37,353 bases of DNA from Methanosarcinales archaeon (GTDB lineage Archaea > Halobacteriota > Syntropharchaeia > Alkanophagales > Methanospirareceae). The translations under genes were made by a program, and so were the position numbers. The notes under the pieces were generated by a model. That model searched no databases and was not told where the DNA came from. It saw nothing but the letters and a program-made list of their open reading frames with translations. Within the stretch, counting starts at the first letter, position 1, and the number at the start of each line of letters is the position of its first letter. The DNA is taken from contig JAODGH010000028.1 of assembly GCA_025464325.1 (NCBI GenBank), positions 1 to 37,353 of the forward strand, in the 5' to 3' direction. This document shows positions 30,753 through 37,353 of this stretch, piece after piece.

Positions 30753-32795
30753 TCAAACCAACAGGCTTCTTCGTTCCGTTCGCACTATCTCCTGCACCCG
30801 TTCGGATGTCAGATCTGCAATCGGATAGTAATTCCCACCCGAATACGACGCGATCTCACGGCAGTAACCGAGCTGCATCTGGATGAACGAACTGCTGACC
30901 ACCTCTGTATCTATCACAATCGTATGAATGCCCTTAACGCGCGCGTATTCGGAGATAGCACGTATCTCAGCCTTTATATCCGCCATTCCTCGGCTGACGT
31001 TCGCTCTACCATCTGATAATAAAACCAGTACCGGTATTACACTCTCGTTTCGCGCCTGTTCTGCAGTTAGCATGTTTATAGCTGTCTCAAGTCCTGCAGC
31101 CAATGGTGTCCGTCCACCGGTCGGGAGTTCTTTCAGGCTCTTGTATGCTAAATCCACACTTGAACACAGTGGTAGCAGGACATCTGCACGGTTACCCCTG
31201 AACGCCACCAGCCCCACTTTATCACGCTGCTGATAAGCATCGAGCAACAGAGAAAATACAGCGCCTTTCGCACTCGTCATCCGCTGTTCCGCACCCATAG
31301 AGCCAGATGCATCGACCACAAACATCGTTGCGGTAGATACCCTGCACATGCGTACTTTCTCGCGAATATCCTCACCCCGTATCACAACTGCCAGATTGGA
31401 ACCCGCTGCTGCCTTGCGACTCTTCTGATATGGTGCGGCAGCTCTGATAGTGGCATCGAACGCGATATCCATAATAGGACCGCCATTCTTTGGGTACCGG
31501 TGACGCAGGTATCTACCCCTGTGCGTAGAGAGTGCAGGTGTTCTTCTCCCTGTACCACTGCGATAACTTCTGCTCCTGTCCATTTTATCATGTCTTACCG
31601 TTTTCGCATCTATCGGCTTACCTATCTCAAATACTCGCTCGTTCTCTGCATCTCTCGTCGTATCGTCTGGTAATGCACCGTTCTGGCTCGTGCCTTCGCC
31701 CATATCTGTCCCCGACTCGCTTCTATGCTCATGCCTGTGCTTATGCTCCTGCTCCTGCTTCAGCTCCTGTATCGTCTCCTCAAGTTTATTCATCTCCAGA
31801 ATGGGAGATTCAAACGGTTTTCTCCGCATCCTGTGCGGTAGTGCGAGTTCTATCGCCTCTTTTATGTCTTCGAGGCCGACTTCCTTCCTGTTATCGAACG
31901 CTGCAATCGCTTTCGCTGTCCTGTTAATCACAATCTCCGCCCTGTGTGTTCCCACACCGAATTTAATGCACGTCTCAGCCGCCAGCTCCAGTAGATCATC
32001 GCTTATCTCCACCTCACTCAGTATCCGTTTCGCATGCACGATCCTGTCCCGCAATTCCTCCTGTTCTGTCCTATATCTATCCCTGAACTCTTCCGGATCC
32101 TTCTCAAAGCTCTCCACCTGCTTCACTATCTCCACACGCTTCGTTGCATCATCTATACTCTCAACATTCGCTTGCAGTCCGAACCGGTCAAGTAACTGAG
32201 GTCTGAGCTCACCCTCTTCGGGGTTCATCGTACCCACAAGAATAAATCTGGCGGGGTGCGAGACCGATACACCCTCACGTTCCACAACATTAATCGACAT
32301 TGCCGCTGAATCCAGAATAACATCGGCAACGTGATCGTCCAGGAGATTCACCTCATCAATATACAGTATGCCGCGATTCGCAGCCGCGAGTATACCGGGC
32401 TCTAACGCCTTTATTCCCTCCTTTATCGCTCGTTCCACATCTATTGAACCCACTACCCGGTCCTCTGTCGCACCAAGAGGAAGGTCCACAACCCACATAC
32501 GTCTACGTTCTATCTCTAACTCGTCACCATTCGTCCGCCTGGCATAGCACAGATCGCACATCTCCCGTTCATCATACGGGTTACAATTGAACGGACAGCC
32601 CTTCACCACATCTATCTCGGGCAGTAGTTCCGCAAGTGCACGTACAGCGGTGGACTTAGCCGTACCTTTCTCACCTCTTATCAGCACCCCACCTATACGC
32701 GGATTGATGGCATTGAGTATGAGCGCCCTCTTCATCCGCTCCTGTCCCACGATAGCGGTGAATGGTAATATCTCACGTCTTATATGGTGTGTCAT
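30753..32795 (-). CDS. ChlI/ChlD-type chelatase subunit (AAA+ domain, linker, VWA domain), probably cobaltochelatase-associated
   Basis: [67 protein letters not shown]. Confidence 0.92.
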   Translation of the reverse strand: MTHHIRREILPFTAIVGQERMKRALILNAINPRIGGVLIRGEKGTAKSTAVRALAELLPEIDVVKGCPFNCNPYDEREMCDLCYARRTNGDELEIERRRMWVVDLPLGATEDRVVGSIDVERAIKEGIKALEPGILAAANRGILYIDEVNLLDDHVADVILDSAAMSINVVEREGVSVSHPARFILVGTMNPEEGELRPQLLDRFGLQANVESIDDATKRVEIVKQVESFEKDPEEFRDRYRTEQEELRDRIVHAKRILSEVEISDDLLELAAETCIKFGVGTHRAEIVINRTAKAIAAFDNRKEVGLEDIKEAIELALPHRMRRKPFESPILEMNKLEETIQELKQEQEHKHRHEHRSESGTDMGEGTSQNGALPDDTTRDAENERVFEIGKPIDAKTVRHDKMDRSRSYRSGTGRRTPALSTHRGRYLRHRYPKNGGPIMDIAFDATIRAAAPYQKSRKAAAGSNLAVVIRGEDIREKVRMCRVSTATMFVVDASGSMGAEQRMTSAKGAVFSLLLDAYQQRDKVGLVAFRGNRADVLLPLCSSVDLAYKSLKELPTGGRTPLAAGLETAINMLTAEQARNESVIPVLVLLSDGRANVSRGMADIKAEIRAISEYARVKGIHTIVIDTEVVSSSFIQMQLGYCREIASYSGGNYYPIADLTSERVQEIVRTERRSLLV

Positions 32796-32813
32796 TTAAG
32801 AAGATATATACAT

Positions 32814-32829
32814 TTTATAATATTATAAA
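32814..32829 (-). promoter_or_regulatory. Perfect 16-bp palindrome containing the likely TATA box of the chelatase gene
   Basis: TTTATAATATTATAAA is self-complementary and lies 19-34 nt upstream of ATG 32795. Confidence 0.55.
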
Positions 32830-32956
32830 CTTGCGATATCGAGTATCCAGAACCGTCTTCATATTTGAGGTATATCGCAATATTTTGCACCGGTTAATAA
32901 ATTACATACGGGCGCATGAAAAAATCGGTTATAGAGCGAATAAACAGGTGGTTCCC

Positions 32957-32997
32957 GATGTCATATAATCCTGAAGCATGATGTCATATAATCCTGA
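32957..32997. repeat. 18-bp direct repeat GATGTCATATAATCCTGA x2 (period 23)
   Basis: Copies at 32957-32974 and 32980-32997; further partial and inverted copies at 33054-33081. Confidence 0.85.
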
Positions 32998-33088
32998 GGG
33001 TGGACATGGTGCGCCGTTAGAAGTGAGATATACGGATTCAGAGTACTCTCAACCCCGAAGTCATATAATATGGATTATATGTCACGAG

Positions 33089-33655
<567 letters not shown>

Positions 33656-33668
33656 TTATGATTTAGTG

Positions 33669-34007
33669 ATGATAATCGCGGAAATAACTGTTATTCCCAT
33701 TGGTACGTGTACGCCGGGCGTCAGTAAATATGTAGCAGGAGCAGTGGCGGAATTACGGAATATGGGGTTGAATCCCCGGCTCACCGCTATGGGCACTATA
33801 TTCGAGACGGATAATTTAGACGTGGTATTGAAGGCATTTAAAGTCGTACATGAATCCGTGTTTGCACGGGGTGCAATGCGCGTTGTTACAAGTTTGCGGA
33901 TAGATGAGAGGCGTGACAAAGAAGCGAGTGCCGACCAGAAGGTAAGATCGGTCTATTCGCAACTCAACGCGATCAGTCGAGATAATTCTGGAAGTACAGC
34001 TCGGTAA
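33669..34007 (+). CDS. MTH1187 / thiamine-binding protein family
   Basis: MIIAEITVIPIG, VSKYVA, TAMGTIFE, RVVTSLRIDERRDK. Confidence 0.9.
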   Translation: MIIAEITVIPIGTCTPGVSKYVAGAVAELRNMGLNPRLTAMGTIFETDNLDVVLKAFKVVHESVFARGAMRVVTSLRIDERRDKEASADQKVRSVYSQLNAISRDNSGSTAR

Positions 34008-35553
34008 CGAACTTCTCCATGAAATCCTGCTCCTCTTCCAGCTTTATATGTTCTATCTGCTTCGCCACTTCTTCCGCATCCTTTCGCTTGCGTCTTGAGA
34101 TCAGAGCCTGTCTGGCGCCTTCCAGCGCGGCGTTGCCTACTTTCTTCATCCGTTCACGCGCAATTGGTGGCAGCAGACCTATGCGAATCGCATTCTCCGT
34201 CTTCGTGAAATTGACGAACCCGCCCGCAAGGTATATCGTATCGATATCATCAAAATCAATGCCATATTTATCGAGTAACACCCTTATACCGACCGCGACA
34301 GCGGTTTTGGCAAGATTCAGCTGGTCTATGTCGGTCTCCAGCAGCTTGATGTCCCTGGTCAGTCGTAACTCCTTTTCATCGCCCCGGAACTTACCCCGTC
34401 CATCAATTATTCTATGCTCCAGTAACTCCGCCAGGGCATCTATCAGACCAGACCCACAGATACCAACCGGAGGGGCACCGCCTATCGTCTCATATTCTAC
34501 TTTACCATCTGCACCTATTCGCACCTCCTTTATCGCACCCTCTACACCGCCTGTACCACATGAGATACTGGCACCTTCAAATGCAGGTCCCGCCGCCGCG
34601 GAGGTTGCAATCAGTCTTTCCCGATTACCAAGCACCATCTCGGTGTTCGTTCCAACATCTATCGCCATACAGATCTCTCTTCCAATATACATCTCAGTCG
34701 CCAGTACCACCGCCAGTGCATCGGCACCAACGAAACTGCCTATCAGTGGCAGTCCATAAACCCGCGCCTCTGTATTCATTGCGAGCTTTAACTCCCGCGC
34801 CATTTTCAATACCGGTTCTGTACTCTCGGGCTCGTAGGGCGCCTTACCCAGTGACTGAACAGGCAGGTCGAAGAAGAGATTACGCATCACTGGATTGCCA
34901 ACCGCCACCAGCTCATAGACTGCTTCATTCCTGCCATCGGTCATAGAAGCGATCATATCATTAACCGCGGTTCTCACCTCATTTACCAGTATCTCCTGCC
35001 CGGTCTTCGCAAATTCTATCCTTGAAATCACGTTATTACCGTATTTCGTCTGCGGATTCTCACGAGAACTCTTTCTGACCACTGCCCCCGTTTCCAGGTC
35101 TATCAGATAGCTGGCAAGCGTTGTGGTACCGATATCAAGAGCCACACCGTACAACGCACCGGTATAATCACCGATGTACGAAGAGTTGTAAAATACACGA
35201 TCTGCTTCGCGATGTACAAAAGGCTCTATCGGTATCCACCTGTACTCACCCGATTCCAGGACGTAATATACTCGCTCAGGTACGTTGACGTATATCGGCT
35301 CCTCAGTTTTCAATATCCGGGCCTGACATGCAAGCCGCTGATCTTTGCCCCGGATAAACTTCTTCTCCGCTTCCGTCGGTTCAGATAATGCACCCGGTGG
35401 GGCTTTAACTTCTACCAGACACTGACCACATTTGCCATCGCCACCACAGGATGCATCTATCGGTATACCCAGCTCCTGCAGATACGATAATAACGTTCGA
35501 CCCGCAACGAGTTCTGCCTCATGTGTCTGTCCATCTCTAAAGGTGATCTTCAT
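33973..35553 (-). CDS. RACo-type ATP-dependent reductive activator of corrinoid proteins (2Fe-2S plus ASKHA)
   Basis: CGGDGKCGQC...RLACQ; DIGTTT, DVGTNTE, AAGPAFEG, GICGSG, GNAALEGA. Confidence 0.9.
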   Translation of the reverse strand: MKITFRDGQTHEAELVAGRTLLSYLQELGIPIDASCGGDGKCGQCLVEVKAPPGALSEPTEAEKKFIRGKDQRLACQARILKTEEPIYVNVPERVYYVLESGEYRWIPIEPFVHREADRVFYNSSYIGDYTGALYGVALDIGTTTLASYLIDLETGAVVRKSSRENPQTKYGNNVISRIEFAKTGQEILVNEVRTAVNDMIASMTDGRNEAVYELVAVGNPVMRNLFFDLPVQSLGKAPYEPESTEPVLKMARELKLAMNTEARVYGLPLIGSFVGADALAVVLATEMYIGREICMAIDVGTNTEMVLGNRERLIATSAAAGPAFEGASISCGTGGVEGAIKEVRIGADGKVEYETIGGAPPVGICGSGLIDALAELLEHRIIDGRGKFRGDEKELRLTRDIKLLETDIDQLNLAKTAVAVGIRVLLDKYGIDFDDIDTIYLAGGFVNFTKTENAIRIGLLPPIARERMKKVGNAALEGARQALISRRKRKDAEEVAKQIEHIKLEEEQDFMEKFVTELYFQNYLD

Positions 35554-36050
35554 TTAACGGAATAACCGAGCCTGGCACACAGTTCTCGTCGTTCCTTCTT
35601 CTCCTCTGCCGTCTCTATTCGCTCCACTGCTGTGCCATCAACCACACCAAGCACCGCACGACCCAGCTCTGTCTCCGCTACAATCACTTCCAGCGGGTTT
35701 GCTGATGCCACATAGATATTGGCAACTGCGGGATGCGATTTCAAAACACCAAGAACATTTATAGGAAATGCGTTATCAAGCACAATAAAAAATGTGTGAG
35801 AAGCCCCTATTCGGAGGCAATTCTCACTTGCTAACCGCTCCAAATCTTCGTCATTACCCGTAACGCGAGTCAATTTCGGTGCCGCTTCATTCATGGCAAC
35901 CGCGCATTTCAGCCCGGGTACAGCGGTCAATAGAGCTCTGAAGATATCGTCGCAGGCGAAGATAGAGAAATTACCCTGACCTATGATCACCTGCTTCCCG
36001 TCCGGGTTCCTGACCTCTATCCGCTCTATCTTCACCACTTTGTCATTCAC
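35550..36050 (-). CDS. DUF355 adenosine-specific kinase / adenosine-binding family protein
   Basis: GND..L, NAFPINVL, ASANPLEVIVAET..GRAVLGVVDG, LGY end. Confidence 0.88.
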   Translation of the reverse strand: MNDKVVKIERIEVRNPDGKQVIIGQGNFSIFACDDIFRALLTAVPGLKCAVAMNEAAPKLTRVTGNDEDLERLASENCLRIGASHTFFIVLDNAFPINVLGVLKSHPAVANIYVASANPLEVIVAETELGRAVLGVVDGTAVERIETAEEKKERRELCARLGYSVK

Positions 36051-36057
36051 TTTACGA

Positions 36058-36294
36058 CTATTCCGCCATGCTTATTGCGCCCTGCTCGCACACATCCACG
36101 CAAACTTCGCATTCGGTACATTCCTCTGCGTTTATCACCGCGTGCTGTTCTCGACCATGCGGGGCGCTGCTCGGATCCGACTCCTCGACCAGACTTATCG
36201 CCTCTACCGGGCATTCCTCCACACACATGCTCGTTCCTTTCTCTTTCCTTCCTTTACAGCCATCACACTTATCCAGATCTACTACTGCTGGCAT
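36058..36294 (-). CDS. 2x[4Fe-4S] ferredoxin
   Basis: CDGC-x10-CVEECP and CTECEVCVDVC; AAGGAGTG RBS and TTTTATATA upstream of ATG 36294. Confidence 0.9.
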   Translation of the reverse strand: MPAVVDLDKCDGCKGRKEKGTSMCVEECPVEAISLVEESDPSSAPHGREQHAVINAEECTECEVCVDVCEQGAISMAE

Positions 36295-36541
36295 TTCTCT
36301 ATCACACTCCTTAGACACTTCTCTGTACTCATCATATATAAAAGTTGCTGTTTTTCTGCTGTGTTGCATGGTTGAGCCTTATCTACCACGCTTTGCTTCT
36401 GTGGTAAGTCCGCAGGATAATAACCAGATGTAAGCCACTGCTTCCTGATCAGGGATGCATTGAAAAGTATAGAGAAAAATATTAAAGTGAGACTCATATA
36501 CCTTATGCAGGTAGAGGAAGAGTGCAGGGAGGGTATAACAA

Positions 36542-36625
36542 GCGGGGGTTGCTGAGTTAGGAAAAGGCGCAGGGCTTAGGACCCTGTCTCGTAGGAGTGC
36601 GCGTGTTCAAATCACGCCCCCCGCA
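36542..36625 (+). tRNA. tRNA-Leu (TAG), long variable arm, CCA not encoded
   Basis: Acceptor GCGGGGG/CCCCCGC, anticodon arm CAGGG-CTTAGGA-CCCTG, variable arm CTC-GTAG-GAG, T arm GCGTG-TTCAAAT-CACGC. Confidence 0.95.
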
Positions 36626-36852
36626 TAAGGTTATAGGCGGTTTTATCCATGAGCATTTGCCGGGGCACTTCTTTTTTAACGTATGATTAATAATAGATGG
36701 TAGTATGATTTGTAGTGGAGAGCGTGGCGGTGTTGAGATTTTCTTTCGAGACCGTGTGGGCAACAGAGTGGCTATCTATGATGTGGCTATGTATTATTTA
36801 TATCATTTATATCCGGATACGGTTCATGCCGGGTGTTGGAGGCGGTAGCAGG

Positions 36853-37329
36853 ATGAAAGAACGAGACGGGATAGATGAACTCGTGAAGTATTTACGCGAC
36901 AGTAAGGAGAAGCTAATGATGTGTGGCGAGTTCTGTAACCGCATAAAGCTCGGTGATAAGCGATTGATCGATTGGGCAGTTGCGATAGCGTCAGGACTTG
37001 GTGCGCATGTGGCGGCAACCGGCAATACGGTGGTAGAACTGAAGAGACGAGGTATCGCCACCCGAAAGATGTGGGCTGCGGAGGTCATATACTACCTGCA
37101 ACATGACCGATGGCAGGAAGGTCTGGACCTGGTTGCGAGACCTGATGTGGTTATAATGCTTGGCTACAACATGGATATGCTACGTGCGATTGTTAAAGCA
37201 TTGAATACAGCGGGTATAGAAACGGTCGTACTTGATAACGTGGCAGTGGACGAGGCGACGTACTCACTATCCCGGCTCTCTTTAGCTGAGTGGGAGAATA
37301 CACTGGAGATGATTGTAAATATGTTATAA
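36853..37329 (+). CDS. CdhB-like protein (CODH/ACS epsilon subunit family)
   Basis: VAATGNT, YLQ..RW.GLD...PDVVIMLG, TVVLD, ATYSL..LS..EW resemble the epsilon subunit pattern; start ATG 36853. Confidence 0.72.
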   Translation: MKERDGIDELVKYLRDSKEKLMMCGEFCNRIKLGDKRLIDWAVAIASGLGAHVAATGNTVVELKRRGIATRKMWAAEVIYYLQHDRWQEGLDLVARPDVVIMLGYNMDMLRAIVKALNTAGIETVVLDNVAVDEATYSLSRLSLAEWENTLEMIVNML

Positions 37330-37353
37330 CTTTAACCCTGCCGGGTGCATCTC

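Noticed and set aside
31560-31800. Programmed frameshift site in the chlD linker that would give separate ChlI and ChlD products
   Set aside because: The ORF is continuous and I see no long A-run or clear slippery heptamer in the linker
32984-33040. Purine riboswitch-like start (TCATATAATCCT...GGACATGG)
   Set aside because: No TTTCTACC junction and no P3 or closing P1 stem; it is also on the strand opposite the flanking genes
36542-36852. Integrative element attached at tRNA-Leu or tRNA-Asn
   Set aside because: No duplicated tRNA 3' end and no integrase seen in the window

Overview
Gene-dense archaeal chromosomal window with about 45 protein genes and two tRNAs (Asn-GTT, Leu-TAG). I found no integrase, transposase or CRISPR array. 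Archaeal markers include rpl37ae-rpoP-pcc1, rpoF-DUF655, aIF5B-rps6e, rpl10e, rpl40e, Hel308, archaeosortase A, MptD and NadM. Bacterial-type DnaJ, a CdhB-like protein, a RACo-type corrinoid activator and an acyl-CoA dehydrogenase point to a Halobacteriota methanogen or alkane/methane oxidiser; ANME-1/Syntropharchaeia-like is my inference and is unverified. Most content is housekeeping. The best candidates for undescribed biology are: (1) a co-oriented ChlI/D chelatase - TSUP permease - small His-motif protein - TsaA/TrmO cluster under a repeat- and palindrome-rich upstream region, possibly a Ni/Co handling module; (2) a translationally coupled ferredoxin - divergent DUF355 - RACo operon near an orphan cdhB-like gene; (3) a ~70-aa soluble domain inserted into archaeosortase A; (4) a frameshifted trkA in a CT tract; (5) a structured ~550-nt intergenic region after DUF655. 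All family calls come from motif recognition by eye; no database searches were run.
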